From: Ranitomeya imitator
Lineage: Eukaryota
NCBI RefSeq assembly: GCF_032444005.1
Contig: NC_091287.1
Span: forward strand, 353,338,001 to 353,402,000
DNA: 64,000 nt
Reading direction: 5' to 3'
Shown here: positions 40,669 to 55,599 of the stretch, in pieces
How positions within the stretch are numbered: the stretch's first letter is position 1
Layout: the number at the start of each line of letters is the position of its first letter
Made by a program: the position numbers and the translations under genes
The notes under the pieces: model-generated
What the model saw: only the letters and a program-made list of their open reading frames with translations
Databases searched by the model: none
Told to the model about the DNA's origin: nothing

Positions 40669-41816
40669 TTAGTCATACTCACCAATGGGGGAGGCAGCAC
40701 GAAAAGTGCCTAGGGCAGCAGAGACTCTAAATACGGCCCTGGGTACAGGGCATGGATAGTGGAAGCAGTGGAAACATGAAATGTTTCTTTTTCTCACATC
40801 AAAATAAAAAACTAGAAATATAGTTATATGAAACTAATGTTTATGTGAGAACAAATGTCATTGAGCAACAAAATCCAAGTTCACTCAACCAGCAAATTTT
40901 TCCTTTTGTTTTTTGATCGAGTCAACAATGCATATCTTCAGTATGGAAATAAGTAATTTTCAAAAAAGGCACAGATTTGGCATACTTCTTTCCATAAACA
41001 TCTATGAACACAGGTTATTTGTCCAGGATATACACATAATGAGCATCACATATATAGGGTAGATTTATTAATTAATTTGCTGAACGTTTCTGGTGGAATA
41101 AAAAACAAATTTTGAAATTTCATTTATCAGTTTTGTGCAAAAATTAGTGTCGTTATTTGAACTGCTCTCATTTATTTTTTAAAAAAGTGGGTGGGATCAC
41201 TAGTCACCTGACAGATTTAATATAATTTATGGTATAACTTGGCTTAAAGTGAAGTACATATCCATGTCTGCTCATAGAAAATATAAACATGCCGGTCGCA
41301 GTAAATTATGAATATGAAAATTTATGCAAGTTTCCAATATTCATCCTGTACCAATAAAATTTACAGATTTCATAATCTTTATAGAAATCTTCAATGTTTC
41401 CCTAGGGGGTTATGCATACACCTTGTTTTGGGCTCACCTGTGGAGTTGAATTCTCTGAGCTGCAGTTCAGGGTGGACAACACAGACCAAAGATGATGGTG
41501 TAGCTGGCTGACTTACTGGATGCCATGTGGAACAGCATGACTGGGATGGTAAACAAATGGAGCAGGAAACACCAGAAAATACTGAGTCATGAGAAACTGA
41601 AGATGGGAAGATTTATAGTGAATGCAGTGTGTCTAATTTGAACAACTCCTGAGCAGAGTGTATTATGCTTACAGCAGATGAAGGGTTAACCAGTAAACAA
41701 ATGGAGAGCCACTAACAGCAGTGATGAAAAGACAAACTAGTTTATAAAGAAGACACAGTCTGATGCATTTATAATGTGAACAGCGCTAGGGAATAGTTTG
41801 TAATTGTTAAGCTTAA

Positions 41817-42259
41817 AGGGAACCTGTCACCTCAAATTGGCGGGATATTAAAATGAGTTTTTACCGGTTCGATGGGCGGCGTTTACTCTTCATTTTTCCA
41901 CTACATCCGTCCCTGTTTCCTGCAATATTTTAGTGAATTAGAGTATGTCTGCGCCATAGTTGGCGTGTGCGCAATGCAATCTATGTTCCAGAAGTATTTT
42001 GCTGTGTTCTGGGACATAGTGCGCGGGCGCTTGCGCAGTAATGCTTTTGTAATGCCCGCAGTTGGGCAAAGCATACTGCGCGTGCGCCACCGAAGATTGC
42101 ATTACGCACGCGCCAACTATGGCGCACACATACTCTAATTCACTAAAATATTGCGGAAAACAGGGACGAACGGGGTTTAAAAATGAAGAGGAAACGCCGC
42201 CCATCGGACCCGTAAAAACTCATTTTAATATCCTGCCAATTTGAGGTGACAGGTTCCCT
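41817..42259. mobile_element. Kolobok/T2-type MITE (443 bp)
   Basis: TTAA-AGGGAACCTGTCACC ... GGTGACAGGTTCCCT-TTAA; long palindrome. Confidence 0.9.
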
Positions 42260-44363
42260 TTAAAGCAGACGTCGGCTTAGCAGCAGGTCTGAAGCAGAAA
42301 ACAATGGCGATTGAATAATCAAAAAAAGATTGCAGAGATGATAGCCAGCTGTGAGCAAACACCAAGGCACATGGTAACCGGGTACAAAGCTTGCTGAAGA
42401 CACACATGTGTGTCTTAATTGGTATAAAAGGCTGGGGGGGATTGTATCACTGGAGCTCATCCTACAACTTGAGAGACCCAACATGGATGATAGCAAAGGA
42501 CAGTGGCCATAAAAGAAAAGAGCAGGGCTAGGCAATAAAGCCAAGAGAGTTGAGGAGCATGCCAATATTACTGCTTTGTTTTGTATACCTCAGATTTGCA
42601 GTCTCCATAGAGCAGGCCTTCACAATTGTGGACCACATGCGGTCCACCGAAGTATGTTGTGCGTACCGCGAAGCTGCCAGAGAGACCCCACTCTGTTCTT
42701 CTTAAATTCAAATGTATTCATGCCTTTCAGGCACAAACACATTTCCAAACAGGGCAGAACAGCACTTGTCTGTCCTGGCCCTGGTGTGCAGTGGCGTGAT
42801 GAGATCATCACACTGCTGACGTCATTACACTGCTTCTGGCGCCAGGCCGCATAGGTGCCAAGGACACCAAGGGTAAGTGTAAAGGTAAGTGCTCCAGAAG
42901 CGAAGGTTACTTTTTTTGTGCTTGGTGTTACTTTTCAGGGGGCATTGTGGAGCAATGGGTAACACAATGGAGGCAGTTATGGGGGACATTATGAGACAAT
43001 GAGGAAAATTATAGAGGCCATTATGGGGCACATTATGAGGCAATGGAGAACCTTATGTAGCAGTGGGGGACATTATAGGGCAATGGGTGACATTATGGAG
43101 CAATGGAGGCCATTAAGGGGCCATGGTGGACATTATGGGCCAGTCTGGGACATTATGGGAGAATTAATGAATGGAGTCTTAGTACAGTATAATGGTTGTC
43201 AATGGGGTCTTAATATAGTGTACAGTGGGGGGGAGATATTATGCCTGTTGAGGGCAGAGCAAAGTACTGCAGTGCGCAGGCGCCAGGAAAGGTCCGAGAA
43301 GCCCAGCGCCTGCCCACTACAGTACTTTGCGCTGCCGGCAGATAAAGTACGCCTGCGCAGGAGCCACGACAGGAAGCAAGGAAGAGGATGCCATCGCATG
43401 AAGATGGGAAGCGCCGGACCCAGACAGTGACGCCCATCGGAAAGGTCTGCACCCGGCCGCCCCCCCCCCCCCAGGTGAGTATAATATAACTTGTTTTTCA
43501 GGTTACATCGGGGGCTTATCTACAGAATTACAGAATCCTGTAGATAAGCCCCTAATGGTGGTGGCCGCCGCTTATGTACGGAAAAGTAAGTGACAGATTC
43601 CCTTTCAGTTTGGCAATATGGCCCTTAGACCAATAAATGTTGTGCACTTCTGCCTTAGAGGTACATGGAGACTCTGCTGTATTTTTAAATGTATCTAACC
43701 CTTAGGTTTTTTTTCTTTTTCTGTGCACGTCTGTTTGAATCAGATAAAAAATATAACAGTTGCATAGTCCAATGGACTCAAAATAATTGAGTGTATTTTC
43801 TCTAGAGGCATTGTTTCTTGGTGAGGATATCTTTGTGCATATGACACCATGTAAAAGCCTGCATGTGCACCAACCCCTAGTGAATTAGAGCATTGCCTTT
43901 AAAGAAGTCATACACCTGTGTAATCATCACATTACCATAGAGAGATTTCTATCCCGGAGGTATAATGAGAGTTCCTATTAAATGCTTGCAAGCAGAATCT
44001 TCAAAACTACAAGCAATTCATATAGATTATATTAGAAATGGATTTAGTTACTAATACACTTGTTTTATAACCAGAATAACCATTGAATATTAAAATCAAA
44101 CAGTATGAGGCAAAAAAAAAACAAATCAGTATCTTCATTCTGCAGCTGAACAGGTAAGATTGGAAGAGTTTCCATGGAAAGGCATAATTAACTTTTTCTC
44201 CCCATTATAAACCAGATGCAATTTTATGAACTGGAAAATGCATTTATTTACATCTTTCTTCACATGTACAACTCCAACCAGACATTTTATTATTTCTGGA
44301 AGAAACTCTTTTTATTATCTATTTTTTCACATGTATGGCATCTTTAGGCCGGGATCACACATA

Positions 44364-46504
<2,141 letters not shown>

Positions 46505-46806
46505 TACGCGAGATATGGCCGAGTCTCACAGGTGAAAACCCAGCTCTGGCGCCGGCACTCCGGAGCGGTGCGTGCAGCTCCATGTATTGCTGTGCGGCTG
46601 CACGCTCCGCTCCGGAGTGCCGGCGCCAGAGCTGGGTTTTCACCTGTGAGACTCGACCGTATCTCGCGTATGTGTGATCCCGGCCTTACAATTGTTTTTA
46701 CATGCGATGTCTGTGTGCCATCCATATGTCCATTTGTACCTGCGTTCTTTTTTTACATAAACAATTTAAAACATAATAAAAGTCAAATTCACTTTACTAT
46801 CTTTTA

Positions 46807-47001
46807 GGCCACTTGCACACGTTTAGTATTTGGTTAATTTTTTTACCTCAGTATTTGTAAGCCAAAATTAGGAGTGGAATAATCAGAGGAAAAGTATAAT
46901 AGAAACACAACACCACTTCTGTATTTATCACCCACTCCAGGCTTTGGCTTACATATACTGAGGTAAAAAACTCACCAAATGCTCAACATGTGCACGAGGC
47001 C
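46807..47001. mobile_element. Short Harbinger-type MITE
   Basis: TTA-GGCCACTTGCACA ... TGTGCACGAGGCC-TAA. Confidence 0.7.
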
Positions 47002-47968
47002 TAATAGTAATGTATCCATGAAAAACACGACAGATGGCAAACTGCATGTGATCCATTATTTCCGCATATGAACTATAACAATGACTTGCGTTGGTCAGTG
47101 TGCCGTCCTGTGCTTCCTGTTTTGCATATGGGCAGCAAACGGACATTTTTATACACTCATCTGAACAAGCCCTAAAGGAACTAAAAATAGTCCTTCTGTT
47201 TCATAAGAAGACACCAATATTAGAAATAGCTATGAAAGGTATACATTTTGCACTGGGCCCAGAAGATTTTGCAACATACTGACACACAAAAAATTGAATA
47301 AACAGTGATCTAAAGTCCATATGTAGAAAAACAAATTGTATAAATGTGAACGCCAAAGCAGTCTTATCACTTGCACTGCACGAAAAACGGCATAAAAAAC
47401 CTTCTTGTTCTGCTGTTTTTCTTCATTCTGCTTCCCAAAAATCGGAATAAGGCTCGGGTCTATGTGGGGTTTTCTTTGTAAATCCCAAAAAACACAATTC
47501 AAACAAAACCTTTGATTGAACCACTCACGTATGAGGCAGATGGAGTCACCTTGGACTCCATCAGACTCCTGTTCCATCAATGTCCTATTATTTTAGGTGT
47601 CTTTTTAGCATATAAGTGTGGACGACCATAGGTAGATGAACACCATAGAAAAGACTCCAAACAACCTTCAAAGTTACTTTTTATGCCTCATTATAGTGAG
47701 TTGTTCTCAGTGTACAGAATGTGATCCCAGACTTATGCCGAAAGCAATAAAAAATGTTATGTATCATAGTCTGTTCTGTAATGTTGATGCCTTGATTTGA
47801 GTCTGATATCCCAAATCTCTTAGTTAATCTCTATATTTTAAGCAGAACCTTATGACTCCCTACCCTTCCCTTTCCTTCCTGTGTCCCTCCTCCCACCACT
47901 GGCCCTTGTTTTTTAAATTCTTCTTACAACCATTTTGGTTCGCAAATCCGCTGCCTTGTAGCGTTATC

Positions 47969-48780
47969 TGTTATGATCTGGTGATTAGGGAGCGACATGC
48001 GTCTAGCTCTGAGCAGGTGGCAACTATACTGACCGCAGTCCCTAAGCTCAACACAACACTAGAAGTAGCCGTGGAATGCTCCTAACTCGGCCTAGGCATC
48101 TCGTCACAGCCTAAGAGCTAACTACCCCTAAAGATAGAATGAGGAAAACTATCTTGCCTCAGAGAAAATCCCCAAAGGATAGATTAGCCCCCCACAAATA
48201 ATGACTGTGAGAGGAGAAGGAAATGACATACGTAGTATGAAACAAGATTTAGCACAGGAGGCCACTTCTAGCTAAATAGAAATAGTACAGAACAGAACGC
48301 TGTGCGGTCAGTAAAAAAAACTAGAAAAAGTCCACCGCAGAGAAATGCAAAAATCTCCACACCTGACTAAAGGTGTGGAGGGCAAACTCTGCTGCCCAGA
48401 GCTTCCAGCTTAGCTGAATAGATCCATACTGAAAAGCTGGACAAATGAACAAAAACAAAGAAAGTGCTGAACAACAAGTCCACAACAAGAGAACCGCAAA
48501 AGGACAAGCAAGGACTTAGCTTTTGATGAACTGGTCAGAGTGTCAGGAAAGTCCTAAGAGCAATGACTCCAGGCAGGAACAATTGACAACTGGCATTGAA
48601 TGAGGGATAAGGCCAGACTAATATAGCCGAGCCAGAAAGACGATCAGTGAAAACAGCTGCTGAAGCTAAATCCAAGAAGCAGCCATACCACTAAAAACCA
48701 CAGGAGGGAGCCAAAGAGCAGAACTCACAAAAATGCTACTTACAACCACCGGAGGAAGCCCAAGAGCGGAATTCACAACA
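47969..48780 (-). repeat. 3' LTR (812 bp)
   Basis: TG...CA ends; adjacent to the PPT (minus-strand AAGGGGGGGTAC). Confidence 0.95.
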
Positions 48781-48790
48781 GTACCCCCCC

Positions 48791-51700
48791 TTAAGGAGGG
48801 GTCACCGAACCCTCACCAGAGCCCCCAGGCCGATCAGGATGAGCCAAATGAAAAGCACGAACCAAATCGGCGGCATGAACATCGGAGGCAACAACCCAAG
48901 AATTATCCTCCTGGCCATAACCCTTCCACTTGACAAGATACTGAAGCTTCCACCTCGAAAAACGAGAATCCAAAATTTTCTCAACCACATATTCCAACTC
49001 CCCCTCAACCAACACCGGGGCAGGAGGATCAACAGATGGAACAACGGGCACCACATATCTCCGCAACAAAGATCTATGGAAAACATTGTGGATGGCAAAA
49101 GAGGCTGGAAGGGCCAAACGAAAAGACACAGGATTGATAATCTCAGAAATCTTATAAGGACCAATAAACCGAGGCTTGAAGTTAGGGGAAGAAACCTTCA
49201 TAGGAACATGACGAGAGGACAACCAAACCAAATCCCCCACACGAAGCCGAGGACCAACACACCGACGGCGGTTAGCAAAACGCTGAGCCTTTTCCTGGGA
49301 CAACGTCAAATTGTCTACCACATGAGTCCAAATCTGCTGTAACCTGTCCATCACAGAATCAACACCAGGACTATCAGAAGGCTCAACCTGCCCTGAAGAA
49401 AAACGAGGATGGAAACCAAAATTACAAAAGAAAGGCGAAACCAAAGTAGCCGAACTGGCCCGATCATTAAGGGCAAACTCGACCAACGGCAAGAAAGTCA
49501 CCCAATCATCCTGATCAGCAGACCCAAAGCATCTCAAATAGGTTTCCAAGGGCTGATTAGTTCGCTCAGTTTGGCCATTGTTCTGAGGATGGAACGCCGA
49601 AGAAAAAGACAAATCAATACCCATCCTAGCACAAAAGGCCCGCCAAAACCTGGAAACAAACTGGGAACCTCTGTTAGACACAATATTCTCCATGCAAACG
49701 AACCACATGCTGAAAAAGCAATGGAACCAAATCAGAGGAGGAAGGCAATTTAGGCAAAGGTACCAAATGGACCATTTTAGAGAACCGGTCACAAACCACC
49801 CAGATAACAGACATCCTCTGGGACACAGGAAGATCCAAAATAAAATCCATGGAAATATGCATCCAAGGCCTCTCCGGGACGGGCAAAGGCAAAAGCAACC
49901 CACTAGCGCGGGAACAGCAAGGCTTGACTCGGGCGCAAGTCCCACAGGACTGCACAAAAGCACGGACATCACGCGACAAGGAAGGCCACCAAAAGGACCT
50001 AGCAACCAAATCTCTGGTACCAAAAATCCCAGGATGACCAGCCAACACTGAACAATGGACCTCAGAAATCACCTCACTCGTCCATCTATCAGGAACAAAC
50101 AGCTTCCCCACAGGACAGCGGTCAGGCCTATCAGCCTGAAATTCCTGAAGCACCCGCTGCAAATCAGGGGAGATGGCAGAAAGAATCACCCTTCCTTAAG
50201 AATGCCAACCGGCTCAAGGACTCCAGGAGAATCCGGCAAAAAACTCCTAGAGAGGGCATCCGCCTTAACATTCTTAGATCCTGGAAGATATGAGACCACA
50301 AAATCAAAACGGGAGAAAAACAGGGACCACCAAGCCTGTCTAGGGTTCAGCCGCTTGGCCGACTCAAGGCAAATCAAATTCTTATGATCGGTCAAGACCA
50401 CAATGCGGTGCTTGGCTCCCTCAAGCCAATGTCGCCACTCCTCAAATGCCCACTTCATAGCCAACAACTCCCGATTGCCGACATCATAATTGCGTTCCGC
50501 AGGCGAAAACTTTCGGGAAAAGAAGGCACATGGCTTCATCAAGGAACCATCAGAATTCCTCTGTGACAAAACGGCCCCTGCCCCAATCTCAGAAGCGTCA
50601 ACCTCAACCTGAAAAGGTGGAGAAACATCCAGTTAACGCAACACAGGGGCAGAAGTAAATCGGCGTTTAAGCTCCTGAAAGGCCTCAACAGCCTCAGAGG
50701 ACCAATTAGTCACATCAGCGCCTTTCTTCGTCAAATCGGTCAGGGGTTTAACCACACTAGAGAAGTTGGCAATGAAACGGCGATAAAAATTAGCAACGCC
50801 CAAAAATTTCTGAAGGCTCTTCACAGATGTGGGTTGAATCCAGTCATGAATGGCTTGGACCTTAACAGGATCCATTTCTATAGACGAAGGTGAAAAAATA
50901 AACCCCAAAAAAGAGACCTTCTGAACTCCAAATAGGCACTTAGACCCCTTCACAAATAGAGCATTATCACGAAGGATCTGGAATACTGTTATGAATAGGT
51001 AATTCAGAACCACAATGGACCTTGAAGTTCAGAGCACACAAAGTGACCTGACAATAAGCAAAAAACATAGGACGAGCTCTGAGACGTGGGAACTCTGCTG
51101 ACCACAATCCCTAATCCTATCACACCACACTAGAGGTAGCCGTGGATTGCGCCTAACGCTCCCTATGCAACTCGGCACAGCCTGAGAAACTAGCTAGGCC
51201 TGAAGATAGAAAAATAAGCCTACCTTGCCTCAGAGAAATTCCCCAAAGGAAAAGGCAGCCCCCCACATATAATGACTGTGAGTTAAGATGAAAGTACAAA
51301 CACAGAGATGAAATAGATTTAGCAAAGCGAGGCCCGACTTACTGAATAGACCGAGGATAGGAAAGATAGCTTTGCGGTCAACACAAAAACCTACAAACAA
51401 CCACGCAGAGGGGCAAAAAGACCCTCCGCACCGACTAACGGTACGGAGGTGCTCCCTCTGCGTCTCAGAGCTTCCAGCAAGCAAGAAAAACAAATTAAAG
51501 CAAGCTGGACAGAAAATATAGCAACAAAAGTAACACAAGCAGAACTTAGCTTATGCTGAGCAGACAGGCCACAGGAACGATCCAGGAGGAAGCAAGACCA
51601 ATACTAGAACATTGACTGGAGGCCAGGATCAAAGCACTAGGTGGAGTTAAATAGAGCAGCACCTAACGACTTAACCTCATCACCTGAGGAAGGAAACTCA

Positions 51701-52819
51701 GAAGCCGCAGTACCACTTGTGACCACAGGAGGGAGCTTGATCACAGAATTCACAACAGAATACCATCCTGACCTGCTTCACATGAGACTCCCAATCATCG
51801 GAAAAAATCAAAATATCATCCAAATACACAATCAGGAATTTGTCAAGATAATTGCGGAAAATATCATGCATGAAAGACTGGAACACAGATGGAGCATTAG
51901 AGAGCCCAAATGGCATCACAAGGTATTCAAAATGGCCTTCGGGCGTATTAAATGCAGTCTTCCATTCGTCACCCTGTTTAATACGAACAAGATTATATGC
52001 CCCTCAAAGGTCAATCTTGGTAAACCAACTAGCCCCCTTAATCCTAGCAAACAAATCAGAGAGCAAAGGTAAAGGATATTGGAATTTGACCGTGATCTTA
52101 TTGAGAAGGCGATAATCAATACAGGGTCTTAAGGAGCCATCCTTCTTGGTAACAAAAAAGAATCCCGCTCCCAATGGTGACGAAGACGGCCGAATATGCC
52201 CCTTCTCTAAAGACTCCTTAACATAGCTCAGCATGGCGGCATGCTCTGGCGCAGACAGGTTGAAAAGTCGGCCCTTAGGGAACTTACAGCCAGGAATCAA
52301 GTCAATAGCACAATCACAGTCCCTGTGTGGTGGAAGGGAACTGGACTTGGGCTCATCGAATACATCCTGGAAATCTAACAAAAATTCAGGAACATCAAAA
52401 GAGGGGGAAGAGGAAATTGACATCAAAGGAACGTCACTATGTACCCCTTGACAACCCCAACTAGTCACAGACATTGATTTCCAATCCAGCACTGGATTGT
52501 GTACTTGTAACCATGGAGAACCCAGTACAACAACATCATGTAAATTATGCAACACCAGAAAACGGCAATCTTCCTGATATGCAGGAGCCGTGTACATAGT
52601 CATCTGCGTCCAGTACTGAGGTTTATTCTTGGCCAATGGTGTAGCATCAATACCCCTCAAGGGTATGGGACTCTGCAAAGGCTGCAAAGAAAAACCACAG
52701 CGCCTAGCGAATTCTAAGTCCATTAAGTTCAGAGCAGCGCCTGAATCCACAAATGCCATGACAGAAAAAGATGACAATGAGCAAATCAAGGTCACAGACA
52801 GGAGAAACTTAGGCTGCAC
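48791..52819 (-). pseudogene. pol: Gypsy pol (protease, RT, RNase H, integrase, chromodomain), frameshifted and interrupted
   Basis: AFVDSGA (PR); [25 protein letters not shown] (RT); CAFFSRK (RNase H); H..GHPG...C..C, SMDFI, NGQTER (IN); FIGPY; EYVVEKILDSR...YLVKWKGYGQEDNSWV (chromodomain). Confidence 0.95.
50987..51757 (-). mobile_element. Solo LTR of a related subfamily inserted into the RT coding region
   Basis: 771 bp; TG...CA ends; 6-bp TSD GAATAC; RT sequence resumes across it. Confidence 0.93.
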
Positions 52820-52963
52820 AGTACTAATGGTAACAGATCTAGCAACCCTCTTAACCCTGCTGTTCTGTTGGTCAAAAATGACCGACTTTGAACTTCAATA
52901 TTCTTTAAAATATTCAAGATGCGGCTCTGAAACCCGTGGCCGACCGACCCATTCTCATTTAAG

Positions 52964-53877
52964 TCAATCAACCACAAGTTTCAGAACCGCATCTTGAACA
53001 CCCCCAAAAATACCAAAGTTCAAAATAGGTCTCCCCAGACCGAACAGAACAGCAGGGTTAATACGCTTAGGGCAATCAGAAATAGTATGAACAGAATCAC
53101 CACAGTAAAAACACAGCCCATTCTGACGTCTGTATCCCCTCTGTTCCGCTCTAGTCAAAATCCTATCACATTTCATGGGCTCAGGACTTTGCTTAGAGGA
53201 CACTGCCATATGGTGCACCACTTTGCGTTCGCGCAGGCGCCGATCAATCTGAATGGCCAGAGACATAGATTCGCTCAAACCAACAGGCGTGGGAAACCCC
53301 ACCATAACATCTTTAAGGGCTTCAGAAAGACCCTTTCTGAAAATTGCTGCCAGAGCGTTCTCATTCCATTTAGTGAGCACAGACCATTTTCTAAATTTCT
53401 GGCAGTATAATTCTGCCACTTCCTGACCCTGACACAGGGCCAACAGTGTTTTCTCAGCATGCTCTACAGAGTTAGGTTCGTCATACAATAATCTGAGCGA
53501 TTGAAAAAATGCATCTACATTAAGCAATGCCGGATTCCCTGACTCAAGTGAGAATGCCCAGTCCTGAGGGTCGCCACGCAGTAGAGAAATAACTATCTTT
53601 ACTTGCTGAACGGGGTCACCAGGGAACGGGGTTTCAGAGAAAAAAACAATTTGCAGTTATTTTTAAAGTTCAAAAACTTAGATCTATCCCCGTAAAACAA
53701 ATCCGGAGTAGGAATTCTAGGCTCTAAGGCCGGAGTCTGAACCACATAATCTTGAATAGTCTGTACTCTTGCAGCAAGCTGATCCACATGAGAAAGCAAA
53801 CCCTGAACATCCATGCCTGCATCCAAATCCCGAATCACCCAGAGATCAAGAGGAAGGAAAAAGACAAAACAAACCAA
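52964..53877 (-). pseudogene. gag: Gypsy gag with CCHC zinc knuckle, frameshifted
   Basis: PTPDLFYGDRSKF; LAIQIDRRLRER; LCFYCGDSVHTISDC. Confidence 0.9.
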
Positions 53878-53930
53878 AGAAAAAAAAATGGCTCAGAACT
53901 CTTTTTCTCTTCCTTCTTTTGAGAGGCATT

Positions 53931-53954
53931 CAGCTCATTTTTGGCCAGTTGTAC
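53931..53954 (-). promoter_or_regulatory. Primer-binding-site region, apparently self-priming
   Basis: Minus-strand GTACAACTGGCCAAAAATGAG next to the 5' LTR is complementary to an LTR-internal segment. Confidence 0.55.
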
Positions 53955-54769
53955 TGTTATGGTCTGGTGATTAGGGAGCGACATGCGTCTAGCTCTGAGC
54001 AGGTGGCAACTATACTGACCGCAGTCCCTAAGCTCAACACAACACTAGAAGTAGCCGTGGAATGCTCCTAACTCGGCCTAGGCATCTCGTCACAGCCTAA
54101 GAGCTAACTATCCCTAAAGATAGAAGCAGGAAAACTATCTTGCCTCAGAGAAAATCCCCAAAGGATAGATTAGCCCCCCACAAATAATGACTGAGAGAGG
54201 AGAAGGAAATGACATACGTAGTATGAAACAAGATTTAGCACAGGAGGCCACTTCTAGCTAAATAGAAATAGTACAGAACAGAACGCTGTGCGGTCAGTAA
54301 AAAAAAAAACTAGAAAAAGTCCACCGCAGAGAAATGCAAAAATCTCCACACCTGACTAAAGGTGTGGAGGGCAAACTCTGCTGCCCAGAGCTTCCAGCTT
54401 AGCTGAATAGATCCATACTGAAAAGCTGGACAAATGAACAAAAACAAAGAAAGTGCTGAACAACAAGTCCACAACAAGAGAACCGCAAAAGGACAAGCAA
54501 GGACTTAGCTTTTGATAAACTGGTCAGAGTGTCAGGAAAGTCCTAAGAGCAATGAGTCCAGGCAGGAACAATTGACAACTGAAATTGAATGAGGGATAAG
54601 GCCAGACTAATATAGCCGAGCCAGAAAGACGATCAGTGAAAACAGCTGCTGAAGCTAAATCCAAGAAGCAGCCATACCACTAAAAACCACAGGAGGGAGC
54701 CAAAGAGCAGAACTCACAAAAATGCTACTTACAACCACCGGAAGGAGCCCAAGAGCGGAATTCACAACA
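53955..54769 (-). repeat. 5' LTR (815 bp)
   Basis: Direct repeat of 47969-48780. Confidence 0.95.
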
Positions 54770-54779
54770 GTTATCATTG

Positions 54780-55560
54780 TGGTTTATTACTATTGTATTT
54801 TTGTTTGTTTTTCTATACTTTTACTATTTCTGGAAAATATTAACCCTTTTTTCCTTTCCTGTTATATTATTGAAATTTTCTAAATAAAGAATATATCCAA
54901 AAAAAAAATTTATGTATCAAAAAATGATACCAATAAAAACCCTAAGTTATAAAACACAAACAAGCCATCACTCATGTCTGTCATTTGTCACTGGAACTAC
55001 ACCCCTAGATAGCAATGAAGTTTCCAAAATAGGGGTCACTTGAGGGGGTTTCTGCTGTTTTAGTACCTCTGGGGCTCTGCAAATGAGACATGGTGTCTGC
55101 AATCTATTCCTGCCAAATTAACGCTTCAAAATCCAAATACCGCCTCTTCCCTTCCAAGCTCTGCCATGTGCCAAACAGCAGTTTTTGACCAAATATGTGA
55201 TATTGTCAAATTCAGGAGAAATTGTGTAATACATTTTAGGGTCCATTTTCCCGCATTACCCCTTGTGAAAATTAAAAATTTGCAGCTAAAGCAATAATCT
55301 AGTAGAAAAAATGTAATTTTTCCATTTTGTCAATCCACTTTGCCTCAATTCCTGTATAGTACCTGAAGGGTTAGCAAATTTACTAACTGCAGTTTAGAAT
55401 AAACTGAGATGTGCAGTCTTTAAAATGTTATCAACTTTGGGTGTTTTCTGATATAAAGGGCCCCTCAAAGTCCCTTCAAAACCAAATTGGAAATGGATTT
55501 GTAAATTTTCTTGACTTTTTTAAATTGCTGCAAAATTTTAACCCTTCTAATAGAAGAAAA
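54780..55560. mobile_element. Decayed fragment of the ~390-bp-unit piggyBac-like family
   Basis: TTTCCAAAATAGGGGTCACTTGAGGGGG and downstream motifs shared with 3100-4700. Confidence 0.6.
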
Positions 55561-55599
55561 GAAAACAGCAACAACAAAAGCAACAATAGCAGAAATTGG

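Larger units (their letters stand above)
38266..40741. mobile_element. Non-autonomous hAT element (2.5 kb)
   Basis: TIR CAGGGCCGTATTT / AAATACGGCCCTG; perfect 8-bp TSD GGTACAGG (38258-38265, 40742-40749). Confidence 0.9.
47969..54769 (-). mobile_element. Full-length Ty3/Gypsy chromovirus (sushi-like) LTR retrotransposon, disabled
   Basis: Highly similar LTRs at 47969-48780 and 53955-54769; TSD GTTATC; PPT at 48781-48792; gag, PR, RT, RNase H, IN and chromodomain in Gypsy order. Confidence 0.97.

Noticed and set aside
44135-44160. Plus-strand CTGCAG/CTGAACAG/GTAAGA as an 8-nt exon
   Set aside because: Weak pyrimidine tract, not frame-preserving, and no supporting evidence
48802-53460. Numerous plus-strand and alternative-frame ORFs
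   Set aside because: Antisense or shadow frames of gag and pol
53935-53950. tRNA-type PBS starting TGG
   Set aside because: TGG is offset 7 nt from the LTR and I cannot match it to a tRNA; complementarity to the LTR explains it better, though a tRNA search is still needed
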